From Chloroflexota bacterium (GTDB taxonomy: Bacteria > Chloroflexota > Anaerolineae > Anaerolineales > DRKV01): 35,517 nucleotides of DNA. The stretch is taken from NCBI GenBank assembly GCA_037142095.1, contig JBAXBF010000001.1, forward strand, positions 1 to 35,517, read 5' to 3'. Below the pieces are notes generated by a model, which was not told the origin of the DNA, did no database searches, and worked only from the letters and a program-made list of their open reading frames with translations. Positions 1 through 8,494 of the stretch are shown piece by piece. Position 1 is the first letter of the stretch; each line of letters starts with the position of its first letter. The position numbers were made by a program, and so were the translations under genes.

Positions 1-66
1 GTACTGGAAGAGATCCTGTATCTGTGTCGAACTCGTCTGAGCAGCTTGACGCAAGAAGAGACATAA
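1..66 (+). CDS. 3' end of an unidentified upstream gene (partial, runs off the window start)
   Basis: Open frame from base 1 (VLEEILYLCRTRLSSLTQEET) ending at TAA 64-66. Too short to identify. Confidence 0.25.
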   Translation, partial: VLEEILYLCRTRLSSLTQEET

Positions 67-118
67 TGATCCGATTGTCGGAAATATTGGATTGGAACAC
101 ATCACCGTAGTCTTACAG

Positions 119-147
119 TTGACAAAGGTCTTGGTTTTCCCTATAAT
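119..147 (+). promoter_or_regulatory. sigma70-type promoter for the ABC operon
   Basis: Perfect TTGACA (119-124), 17 nt spacer, TATAAT (142-147). GGGAG Shine-Dalgarno at 175-179 precedes ATG 187. Confidence 0.6.
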
Positions 148-186
148 CAACCCTACTGGTTATCGTATAAAAAATGGGAGATTAAC

Positions 187-1080
187 ATGAACATTGAGAT
201 TCGCGGATTGAGTAAAACGTATCCGAATGGAACCCAGGCTTTAAAGAATGTTACCTTGGATATTCCGATGGGAATGTTCGGTCTGCTGGGACCCAATGGA
301 GCGGGAAAGTCCAGTTTGATGCGTACGCTTGCTACCTTGCAAGAAGTGGACACGGGCACGATCCATTTGGGGGATGTAAATATTCTCGCCGATAAGGAAA
401 CCATGCGCCAGATGCTGGGCTACCTGCCGCAGTCCTTCGGTGTATATCCGGGCGTCTCAGCCGCCAATTTACTCGATCACATGGCAATCTTGAAGGGCAT
501 CACCGACCACAAGGAACGCCAGGAAACGGTTACCAACCTGCTGCAACAGGTCAATCTATATGAGGCGCGTAACAAAGCCGTCAGTGGTTATTCGGGTGGC
601 ATGCGCCAGCGCTTTGGTATCGCCCAGGCGTTGTTGGGCAAGCCGCGCGTCATTATTGTGGATGAACCCACAGCCGGTCTGGATCCAGCGGAACGCGTGC
701 GCTTCCTGAACCTGCTCAGCCAGATCGGTGAACAAGCTGCGATTATCCTCTCGACGCATATCGTGGAAGATGTGAGTGATCTCTGCCCGGAGATGGCGAT
801 GATTGCTTCCGGTCAAGTGGTTCTGGTGGGAGAACCTTTGAAGCTCATGGAAGATCTGAAGGGAAAAATCTGGCAGACCACCATCCCGCGTGACCAATTG
901 CCGGCTTACGAATCGGAGTACAGCGTCGTTTCCACCCGCTTTTTCATGGGAAAAATTGTCGTCAATATCTATAGTGACAGCCAACCTGCGTCTCACTTTG
1001 AATCCATCGTTCCTGATCTGAAAGATGTCTATTTTTGTGCGCTTAAGGGGTGGCTTACCTCTGCTGGAGCGCAAAAATGA
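187..1080 (+). CDS. ABC transporter ATP-binding protein
   Basis: Walker A GPNGAGKSS, ABC signature YSGGMRQR, Walker B IIVDEPTAGLD and H-loop STHIV. The stop overlaps the next start (ATGA at 1077-1080). Confidence 0.93.
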   Translation: MNIEIRGLSKTYPNGTQALKNVTLDIPMGMFGLLGPNGAGKSSLMRTLATLQEVDTGTIHLGDVNILADKETMRQMLGYLPQSFGVYPGVSAANLLDHMAILKGITDHKERQETVTNLLQQVNLYEARNKAVSGYSGGMRQRFGIAQALLGKPRVIIVDEPTAGLDPAERVRFLNLLSQIGEQAAIILSTHIVEDVSDLCPEMAMIASGQVVLVGEPLKLMEDLKGKIWQTTIPRDQLPAYESEYSVVSTRFFMGKIVVNIYSDSQPASHFESIVPDLKDVYFCALKGWLTSAGAQK

Positions 1081-4000
1081 GTGCAACCCTGAAAAAGATT
1101 TACGAAATATTTCGTTTTGAATTATTGTCTCAGGTACGAAATGGGGCAAATTATATCTTCTTTGGTTTGTTCTTTGTCATCTCTTTGGGTATTACAGTCA
1201 TCTTGGGCAGCGAATTACAGAAGATGCTAGGCACGGAAATCCCGGTTCTCGCAAACGCCCCTTTTGTCATCATCCTATCTTGCCTATTATTAACCATTCT
1301 GGGGTTGATCGGTCTTTCCGGGGGCTTATTCGGTAAAAGCGCCACCAAAGACTTCGATGCCAATTTCGATGCGCTGCTGGTAACCAGCGGAGTCAGCGAA
1401 AATCATTTTATTGTCGGTCGTCTCTTTGCTTCCTGGTTGTCGGCGCTGCTGATCTTTCTGGGGATTCCGCTTGGGTTAATGGCTGGTTTATGGATGCCCT
1501 TTAATGATCCAATCCAAATTGCTCCTTTCCATTTGGAAAGTTACCTGAACGGTTATGTTTTTTATATCCTGCCGAATGTATTAATTTTCGGAACACTTTT
1601 TTTCGCCGTGGCATTGCTTACCCGTCGTGCTCTGTGGGCATACATCGCTCTACCGGTGTGGACGATTTTTATGTCCATTCTATTCACTCCCCTGGAATGG
1701 CTCGGGTTGAAAGATATTTCAAACATCCTGGACGTGTTTGGCGTCGTGGATCTTGCCAAAGCCGGTTCATGGACTGCCATAGAACGGAACTCACTGGCGA
1801 TTCCAATATCAGGAGCGTTGATCATAAATCGCTTATTGTGGCTTGGACTGGCTGTATTAGGAATTTGGTTGTTGACGCGCCGCTTTCAATTTTCCCAGCC
1901 ACCGCTACTTCTGGAGAATTTACCCATTTTACGCCGCATCATGACCACCCGTGGTTTTCCCAAAGCGGCGGTTCAACCGGTCTCCCCGGTTGCTGTACCT
2001 GTTGTGCGCCCACGACAGACTGTTCCAGAAATTACCCTGCATGGCGATCTTTTCGCCAGACTACAGCAATTTCTCGAACAAACTCGTTTTGAATTCATTC
2101 GTACAGCCGGAAATCGTTTGTTTTGGATTGTCTTAATTGCGGCTGCTATCTTTTCCATCAGTACAAGCCTGACAGGGTTGGATTTGCAGTACGGCGTCGC
2201 TTCTTATCCCACCACTGCCCGTTTGATGTCGAATAATTCCACCTTTACGACTTTATTGGCTTTACTGCTGATCTTCTTATTGGGTGAAGGTGTCTGGCGC
2301 GAACGGGATAACAGCGTGGATGGGTTAATCGATACGACCTCCGCTCCCAGTTGGGTTTTCCTCCTGGGTAAATTGGCAGCCGTGATCTTGGTGCAGGGGA
2401 TGGCGATGCTGATCTTTATGTTGGCGTGTATGTTGGTACAAACTACCCAAGCCTATTTTAATTATGAATTATCTTTGTACATCCAGCAACTTTTCAGCAT
2501 TGATCTGGTATTTCTGTCCTTGATGATGGTGTTGGCGTTGTTCGTCATCGTTTTGATTAACAATAAATACGTCAGCCATTTTGTCAACCTGATGCTTTTT
2601 ATCGGCGTGCCCATGCTGCAGCAATTGCCTTTTCCGCAAATCAGCAAGCTCTCGTTTTATGGGTATATTCCCCTTCCTAAATACAGCGATATGAATGGGT
2701 TCGGGCATTATCTGGATGGCGTGCGCTGGTTCCAGCTTTACTGGATTCTGGTTGGGGTGTTGATGGTTCTGGTGGCATTGCTTTTCTGGCAGCGTGGCGT
2801 GGAAAATGATTGGCGAGCGCGCTTATCACTGGCACAGCGACGTCTGCGCGGAACGATGCTGATCGGTTTTCTGGGTGTCTTGTTTGCCCTGGTTATGACC
2901 GGCGGCTGGATCACCTATAACACTCAGGTATTATCTCAAACGCCGGAAAAGGTAATGCAGCAAGAATTTGAAAAACAACAAGACCCGGCTGCACAAAAAG
3001 AGGCTGTCAAGTTATATATGGAGAAATATGCTGCTCTGGCTGGCAAACAGCCTGTTTTAGCGGGTGTTGCTCTGAATGTGGACATGTTCCCTCACCAGAG
3101 GCAGATGACTGCCCGAGTGCGCTATACGCTTGAAAACCACACCAGCCAGCCGCTAACCGAGTTGTTAGTCGATGACCGGGCTGCTCCCGCTCTGCAAGAT
3201 TTTAACATCGCTGGTCAACCCATCACCCCGACCCAGACTGATTTGGTCCTTAACTGGCGGATATATCGTTTTACACTTCCCAAGCCTTTACTGCCCTCAG
3301 AGAAAACGGAACTTGTCTTTACTTACCAACATCCTTCCATAGCGGGATTTTCCGATAAGGTGGGTGATTATGATTGGGTGGAAAATGGCACAACCGTAAT
3401 CAGTGACACATTCTTCCCGGAAATTGGTTACCTATCCTATCTGGAAGAGGCATTGCGCCCAGCGAAGAAGGAAGAAGAGGAATCCCAGGGGGCAGACAAG
3501 AAAGATGTTCATATCGATGCTGAAAAAGTGGATTATTTATCCTCTGTAGAAAATCTCAACAAAGCCCGGCAGCGTGCGGCGATGGGAGTGGGAGGCAGAA
3601 AGGTGCCTTTTGAGGGCGTCATCTGCACAGATCCAGACCAGACCGGTTTGTTGCCCGGCGGTCTGGTGCAGGAGACTCAGTTGAACGGGCGGCGCTGTTT
3701 CTCTTATAAAATGGATGCTCCAATGGGAATTCAGTTCTTCATCGTTTCCGGACGCTATGCCCGCGTACAAGAACAATATAATGGGATCAATCTCGAAATA
3801 TATTATCATCCCAGTCATGCTTTCAACCTGGACAGCTTGATGGATGGTATGAAAACATCCCTGGATGTCAACAGTGCTGCTTATACCCCTTATCCTTTCC
3901 GCCAATTGCGGATTGTCGAGATGCCAGCTTACCACAGCATGGCGGTCAGTACCCCCGGTATGATTGTTTTTGGTGAAGAGATGGGTATGTATTCACGTAT

Positions 4001-4841
4001 CCCGCGCCAGCAGCCCGGCGTCGTGGATTATCCCTTCTTTGTCGCGGCGCATGAGACTTCCCATGAGTGGTGGGGTGAACAACTGATGCCAGCCCGTGCC
4101 GAAGGGCTGCACGTCATTCTGGAAACCCAGACCCAATATTCGGCTGTGAAGGCGGTTGAGAAATTTTACGGTGTTGAGAGTGTGCGCAACTTCTTGCAAT
4201 TTGAAATGAAGCAATATACTGCCGGTCGCTTGACGGGGCGCGATGTCCCTCTGGCAAAAGTTACCGGAGGGAATGACAGCTATATCTACTATAACAAAGG
4301 TGCGGTGGTAATGTACACGCTGCGCGATTATCTGGGGGCTGAGGCGTTGGACGGTTCGCTGCACCGTTTCTTTGATGAATACAAATCTGGACCGCCATTT
4401 GCACTATCGATAGACTTAATGGATGCCTTGCGTCGTGCTGCTTCGCCCAACCGTCAAAGTATTATCACCGATCTTTTGGAAACTGTCACCTTGTGGAACC
4501 TGACGGCTCAAGATGCGGTGTATAAACAGGGTGCGGATGGAAAATACGAGGTTACGCTGCGGGTGCAGGCACGCAAGATGCGCATGGATTCTCTTGGTAA
4601 GGAGACGGTTGTAGAAATGAAGGATGACCCCGTTGACATTGGCCTGATCGGTAAGGAAGGTAAATTTATCTATCTGGAAAAGCATCCCATCCATAGTGGT
4701 GAAAATACGATTGTCGTTACAGTGAGTGAACAACCCATTCAAGCCGGGATTGATCCGATTTACAAACTGATGGATCGTGAAACGACCAATAATATGCGCT
4801 TGACGGGTGTGAAATCAGTTCAACAGAAAACCGACGAATAA
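1077..4841 (+). CDS. ABC-2-type polytopic permease fused to an M1-family zinc aminopeptidase domain
   Basis: Start preferred at ATG 1077 (MSATLKK), which overlaps the ATPase stop; the ORF track gives 1050. About 13 hydrophobic helices lie in two blocks (about nt 1150-1900 and 2120-2930). The C-terminal half carries HETSH (4050-4064) followed about 19 residues later by a Glu (VILETQTQY), the M1 HEXXH...E pattern, and an upstream GMIVFGEE stretch at the GxMEN position. Confidence 0.85.
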   Translation: MSATLKKIYEIFRFELLSQVRNGANYIFFGLFFVISLGITVILGSELQKMLGTEIPVLANAPFVIILSCLLLTILGLIGLSGGLFGKSATKDFDANFDALLVTSGVSENHFIVGRLFASWLSALLIFLGIPLGLMAGLWMPFNDPIQIAPFHLESYLNGYVFYILPNVLIFGTLFFAVALLTRRALWAYIALPVWTIFMSILFTPLEWLGLKDISNILDVFGVVDLAKAGSWTAIERNSLAIPISGALIINRLLWLGLAVLGIWLLTRRFQFSQPPLLLENLPILRRIMTTRGFPKAAVQPVSPVAVPVVRPRQTVPEITLHGDLFARLQQFLEQTRFEFIRTAGNRLFWIVLIAAAIFSISTSLTGLDLQYGVASYPTTARLMSNNSTFTTLLALLLIFLLGEGVWRERDNSVDGLIDTTSAPSWVFLLGKLAAVILVQGMAMLIFMLACMLVQTTQAYFNYELSLYIQQLFSIDLVFLSLMMVLALFVIVLINNKYVSHFVNLMLFIGVPMLQQLPFPQISKLSFYGYIPLPKYSDMNGFGHYLDGVRWFQLYWILVGVLMVLVALLFWQRGVENDWRARLSLAQRRLRGTMLIGFLGVLFALVMTGGWITYNTQVLSQTPEKVMQQEFEKQQDPAAQKEAVKLYMEKYAALAGKQPVLAGVALNVDMFPHQRQMTARVRYTLENHTSQPLTELLVDDRAAPALQDFNIAGQPITPTQTDLVLNWRIYRFTLPKPLLPSEKTELVFTYQHPSIAGFSDKVGDYDWVENGTTVISDTFFPEIGYLSYLEEALRPAKKEEEESQGADKKDVHIDAEKVDYLSSVENLNKARQRAAMGVGGRKVPFEGVICTDPDQTGLLPGGLVQETQLNGRRCFSYKMDAPMGIQFFIVSGRYARVQEQYNGINLEIYYHPSHAFNLDSLMDGMKTSLDVNSAAYTPYPFRQLRIVEMPAYHSMAVSTPGMIVFGEEMGMYSRIPRQQPGVVDYPFFVAAHETSHEWWGEQLMPARAEGLHVILETQTQYSAVKAVEKFYGVESVRNFLQFEMKQYTAGRLTGRDVPLAKVTGGNDSYIYYNKGAVVMYTLRDYLGAEALDGSLHRFFDEYKSGPPFALSIDLMDALRRAASPNRQSIITDLLETVTLWNLTAQDAVYKQGADGKYEVTLRVQARKMRMDSLGKETVVEMKDDPVDIGLIGKEGKFIYLEKHPIHSGENTIVVTVSEQPIQAGIDPIYKLMDRETTNNMRLTGVKSVQQKTDE

Positions 4842-4876
4842 ACAATGGATAGGATCGAAGCTGAGGGCATCTATTA

Positions 4877-5386
4877 ATGAACTTCAAGAATTTTTTTCTC
4901 TTTCGTTATATGAGCTGGATCGCGGTGATTTCATCGCTGATCGGCTCATCACTGATGTTTATCATCGGAGGTTATAAGACTTATCTGGCACTGGGTAATT
5001 TTTTGGGCTTTGTAAAACGAACGCGTTTGGAAGACGCATCAGTGAAAATCAGTCCCAGTAATTTATCCATAGCTACCATGGTTTCCGCCATGGATACTTT
5101 CCTTTTTGCCCTGGTCTTGCTCATCTTTGCTTATGGCGTCTTTCATTTATTTATCGCTACTGGTGATAAAATAATGGAAGCCTCTTTACCGGAATGGGCG
5201 CGGATTGAGAGCGTCACCCAGTTAAAAACGATTCTAGCCCAGGTAATCATTGTCATCCTGTTTGTCGATTTTCTCGAATCGGTGATCAGCTCTGGTCTCG
5301 AATGGATGCCCTGGGAAGGGCTCACAACTCCCCTGGCGGTTTTGTTACTTGCAGGGGCGCTGCGCCTGATGCACACCAAAGAATAA
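4877..5386 (+). CDS. small integral membrane protein, YqhA/UPF0114-like
   Basis: 169 aa with 4 hydrophobic helices. Length and helix spacing resemble E. coli YqhA as I recall it. The family assignment is tentative. Confidence 0.55.
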   Translation: MNFKNFFLFRYMSWIAVISSLIGSSLMFIIGGYKTYLALGNFLGFVKRTRLEDASVKISPSNLSIATMVSAMDTFLFALVLLIFAYGVFHLFIATGDKIMEASLPEWARIESVTQLKTILAQVIIVILFVDFLESVISSGLEWMPWEGLTTPLAVLLLAGALRLMHTKE

Positions 5387-5435
5387 ATGAGTAAACAGCC
5401 CATCCTTTAAGAAGATCAATACTGGAGATAGCCAT

Positions 5436-6161
5436 ATGAAACCTTGTCCGAAGTGTGGAAATCAAAACGAAGATCGAGCGCGTTTCTGTAATATCTGCGG
5501 ATCGTCCTTTGTTCCCATTAGAAGAAGCGGTTTTAGCAATTCCTGGATCCTTATCGGATTTATCACCGCGTTGGGCATCGTGATCATATGTATTTTAACG
5601 GCTACTTTATTGGGAATTGGGGGTTTCATCTATACCACACGGAATGCTAAAGACAAATCTGCCGTTATAGATCAACAAATGATAATTCAAAACAAGACTC
5701 TGACACCCTCTCCCACGGTTGCTTTACTGAGCACAGATGCTGCCCAACCCCCAATCCTGCCAGAAAAAGAAACTGAAATACCGGATATTACCCCGTTACC
5801 AGGCAAGAAACCACTCGCCGAAAACAGGATCGTGAAGCAGGAATGGTTTTCCAGCGGAGAGACCTACTGTAAAAATGTAGATGCATTGAATCAAACCGAA
5901 AAAGGTCAGGTTTATGGCGAAGTCCTTGGTACACAAGTCAAGTGGGAGGGTGTCATAAAGGAAATCACTCCCCCTGATATACGGGTATATCCATGTAATA
6001 ACCCTTGTTTCACTGCCCAACTGAAGAATGTTCCCGCAGACCAGTCAAGTAAATTGAAGAAAGGTCAAACCATTCTATTTGACGGTTTGATCACCAATGC
6101 CGGTAAAGATGTAGCCTGCGATTACATTGAAATTAACGTCAAATCAGTACAGTTGAAATAA
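5436..6161 (+). CDS. zinc-ribbon domain membrane protein (unknown function)
   Basis: N-terminal CPKCG...FCNICG zinc ribbon, one TM helix (WILIGFITALGIVIICILTATLLGIGGFIY), a Pro-rich linker and a C-terminal globular domain. GGAGA Shine-Dalgarno lies before the ATG. Confidence 0.7.
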   Translation: MKPCPKCGNQNEDRARFCNICGSSFVPIRRSGFSNSWILIGFITALGIVIICILTATLLGIGGFIYTTRNAKDKSAVIDQQMIIQNKTLTPSPTVALLSTDAAQPPILPEKETEIPDITPLPGKKPLAENRIVKQEWFSSGETYCKNVDALNQTEKGQVYGEVLGTQVKWEGVIKEITPPDIRVYPCNNPCFTAQLKNVPADQSSKLKKGQTILFDGLITNAGKDVACDYIEINVKSVQLK

Positions 6162-6195
6162 AACCTTTCGTGGCGTGTGCACCGCAAACTCACAC

Positions 6196-6224
6196 TTTAC
6201 AAACTTATTGACTCACGGTATACT
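6196..6224 (+). promoter_or_regulatory. candidate promoter for rpsF-rpsR
   Basis: TTTACA (6196-6201), 17 nt spacer, TATACT (6219-6224). It would give a 5' UTR of about 155 nt. It conflicts partly with the adjacent hairpin. Confidence 0.3.
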
Positions 6225-6225
6225 A

Positions 6226-6249
6226 TACCCCGCTTAGATAGGCGGGGTA
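6226..6249 (+). terminator. GC-rich hairpin (possible terminator of the 5436-6161 gene, or 5' end structure of the rpsF leader)
   Basis: TACCCCGC / GCGGGGTA 8 bp stem with an 8 nt loop. The downstream tract GTTCCGTTTGTCT is only moderately T-rich. Confidence 0.35.
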
Positions 6250-6385
6250 GTTCCGTTTGTCTCGGCTGTCCGTTGCATTTCGCTTGAAAATTTTCATTCG
6301 GTCGAAAGCCAGGACAAATTGTTTTTTATTCCGCCCCTGCCCGGGCGCAATGTGCAGGAGCAATCCCAAGGAAAGGAGTTTTTGA

Positions 6386-6673
6386 ATGCGCAAGTATGAA
6401 TTGACTATTATCACGCACCCTGATTTGGATAAAGATGCTCTCGCCGAGATCGTTAACAAAGTTCAGGGATGGATCACCGAAGCTGGGGGCAAGGTGGAAA
6501 AGGTAGATAGCTGGGGTAAGCGTATGCTCGCTTATCCAATCCGCAAGCAAAAAGAAGGGCAATACGTATATTTCGAAGTGGAGATGTCACCAGCTTTGGG
6601 TGCAACTATCGAACGAAACCTTCGCTATGTGGAAGCGGTTATGCGCTTTTTAATTATTGTCAAAGACGAGTAA
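6386..6673 (+). CDS. rpsF: 30S ribosomal protein S6
   Basis: MRKYELTIITHPDLD...VDSWGKRMLAYPI...GQYVYFEV is the typical S6 signature. AAGGAG Shine-Dalgarno lies upstream. Confidence 0.95.
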   Translation: MRKYELTIITHPDLDKDALAEIVNKVQGWITEAGGKVEKVDSWGKRMLAYPIRKQKEGQYVYFEVEMSPALGATIERNLRYVEAVMRFLIIVKDE

Positions 6674-6797
6674 TAAATAATCTTTATTCCTTTTTTACGG
6701 GCAAGTGTAGCCATCGTGATGTCATTGCGCCTGATTGTCATAGGTGGTGAAGCCTGTTGGTCTGTTGAATTTAATTTTTGAAAATGGAGAAACCATA

Positions 6798-7079
6798 ATG
6801 GGATACCAACAAGATTACGATACCGATTATGATGATGATGGTCCAAAGATGTCCGGTCCATCACGCCGGTATTTTGCTCCCCCTGTTCATACCTGCAACT
6901 GCGAGGATATTGATTACAAGGCTCCGGAGCGTTTAAAGCGATTTTTACACGAAAACGGCAAAATTCGTCCGCGTCGCCAGACCGGACTGTGCGCTAAATG
7001 CCAGCGGAAGCTTGCCAGTGAAATCAAACGAGCCCGCCATCTGGCTTTATTGCCTTTTGTCGGCGAAGTATTACACTAA
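6798..7079 (+). CDS. rpsR: 30S ribosomal protein S18 (with an acidic N-terminal extension)
   Basis: DIDYK...[42 protein letters not shown] is the S18 core. Start chosen at ATG 6798, which has GGAGA 7 nt upstream; the ORF track start at 6744 has no Shine-Dalgarno. Confidence 0.92.
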   Translation: MGYQQDYDTDYDDDGPKMSGPSRRYFAPPVHTCNCEDIDYKAPERLKRFLHENGKIRPRRQTGLCAKCQRKLASEIKRARHLALLPFVGEVLH

Positions 7080-7091
7080 GAGGTAGTCTAT

Positions 7092-8381
7092 ATGCCCCCA
7101 AGCCAGATAAAGGCGGTTAATAAGAAACATCATGCTCGCATGGAAAAGGAAACCATCCTCTACCGTTACCTGATGATCGGTGCAGGGCTGGTAGTTCTTG
7201 CAGTTATTGGATTGATGGTGATTGGATTCGTGCAGACCAATATTCTTCCTCCCAAGCAGCCTGTTGCAAAAGTAGGCGGTGAAGATATTATCACGGAGGA
7301 TTTTCAAGCCCGGGTGCGGTTTGAGCGTGATCGTATGGTACAACAATATTCTCAGGCATATCAAACCATGCAATCGTTCAACGATAATCCCGATATGCAG
7401 AAATATTTCCAACAGAATTTGGACCAGCTCAAGGGAGAGCTTGAACCTCAAAAGATGGGTGAACAGATACTTGACCGGATGATCAAGAATGTTCTGATCC
7501 GACAAGAGGCGGTTAAACGTGGGATTACAGTTTCGGAGAAGGAAGTGGATGTTGAAATCCAGAAGCAATTCGGATTTCAGGCTGCTGGTGTCTCAGCGAC
7601 TGCGACCAATACCCCATTCCCGACTATAATGCCAACCTCCACGTTATCGGCGGCGCAGTTAACCCTCGTCCCTCAATGGACAGCTACCGTGACCGCAACG
7701 CCCGCAGTAACAGAAACCCCGACGATTGTGCCGTCTCCCACTTTGATTCCAAGTGCAACGGCAGTACCTTCGATCACACCGTCCGCGACTCCGTATACGT
7801 TGGATAAATATAATGCAGACTACAAATCAGTCATCGATCGGTATACGAAAGAGATTAAGTTTAATGAAAAACAACTGCGTGATTTAATCCGCAGCGATTT
7901 GTATTCAAAGAAACTGTTTGAGGTGATGTCCGTTTCTGTACCGATTGAGCAAGATCAGGTGTGGGCGCGCCATATCCTGGTAGCAGATGAAGATACGGCA
8001 AAGAAGGCTTTAGCGGAAATCAAAACCGGTAGTCCATGGAACGATGTAACCAAGAAGTATTCAACGGATACAGGTTCTAAGGATAGCGGCGGTGATCTGG
8101 GCTGGTTTAGCAAAGGTGCCATGATTAAAGAATTTGAAGATGTAGCATACAAACTTGGCATCGGTGAAATCAGCGATCCGGTAAAGACCCAATTCGGCTG
8201 GCATATTATTCAAGTCCTTGGACATGAAAAACGCTCGCTCAATTCTTCTGAATATCAAGGTACTCAAGATAAAGCATTCCAAGATTGGTTAGATCAACAG
8301 CGCAAGGGAAGCTCAGTGCAGGTCTTTGATGTGTGGAAAGAACGCGTTCCCACAACCCCTGAATTACCCGCTGGGATATAA
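7092..8381 (+). CDS. membrane-anchored SurA/PrsA-like peptidyl-prolyl isomerase (parvulin type)
   Basis: N-terminal TM helix, a SurA-N-like helical region, a Pro/Thr-rich linker (about 7575-7795) and a parvulin domain: ARHILV...GGDLGWFSKGAMIKEFEDVAYKL...GWHIIQV. Confidence 0.88.
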   Translation: MPPSQIKAVNKKHHARMEKETILYRYLMIGAGLVVLAVIGLMVIGFVQTNILPPKQPVAKVGGEDIITEDFQARVRFERDRMVQQYSQAYQTMQSFNDNPDMQKYFQQNLDQLKGELEPQKMGEQILDRMIKNVLIRQEAVKRGITVSEKEVDVEIQKQFGFQAAGVSATATNTPFPTIMPTSTLSAAQLTLVPQWTATVTATPAVTETPTIVPSPTLIPSATAVPSITPSATPYTLDKYNADYKSVIDRYTKEIKFNEKQLRDLIRSDLYSKKLFEVMSVSVPIEQDQVWARHILVADEDTAKKALAEIKTGSPWNDVTKKYSTDTGSKDSGGDLGWFSKGAMIKEFEDVAYKLGIGEISDPVKTQFGWHIIQVLGHEKRSLNSSEYQGTQDKAFQDWLDQQRKGSSVQVFDVWKERVPTTPELPAGI

Positions 8382-8428
8382 GATATCCTCTAGGACAGCA
8401 TAAATTAAGTTTTCCTTATTAAGATCAA

Positions 8429-8475
8429 AGGCAGGTCAATTCTGTCCATCATCCGGTGGACAGATAGACCTGCCT
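8429..8475 (+). terminator. long compound hairpin downstream of the PPIase gene
   Basis: Outer stem AGGCAGGTC (8429-8437) / GACCTGCCT (8467-8475) and inner stem TCTGTCCA (8441-8448) / TGGACAGA (8457-8464). There is no clean T-tract, and it overlaps the next promoter's -35. Confidence 0.35.
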
Positions 8476-8485
8476 CACCTATAAT
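8457..8485 (+). promoter_or_regulatory. promoter giving a leaderless or near-leaderless mRNA for the SH3b gene
   Basis: TGGACA (8457-8462), 17 nt spacer, TATAAT (8480-8485). ATG 8495 lies only 9 nt after the -10, and there is no Shine-Dalgarno. Confidence 0.5.
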
Positions 8486-8494
8486 ATAAGTATT

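Noticed and set aside
556-1149. 197 aa ORF on the minus strand.
   Set aside because: It is entirely antisense to the well-supported ABC ATPase gene. It has no motifs and an Arg-rich composition typical of shadow frames.
1634-2092. 152 aa alternative-frame ORF, plus several 60-130 aa antisense ORFs between 1151 and 4742.
   Set aside because: They are all nested in the permease::M1 peptidase gene, whose frame carries clear TM helices and the HEXXH motif. These are shadow ORFs.
7071-7568. 165 aa minus-strand ORF.
   Set aside because: It is antisense to the 5' part of the PPIase gene, has no recognisable features and no Shine-Dalgarno.
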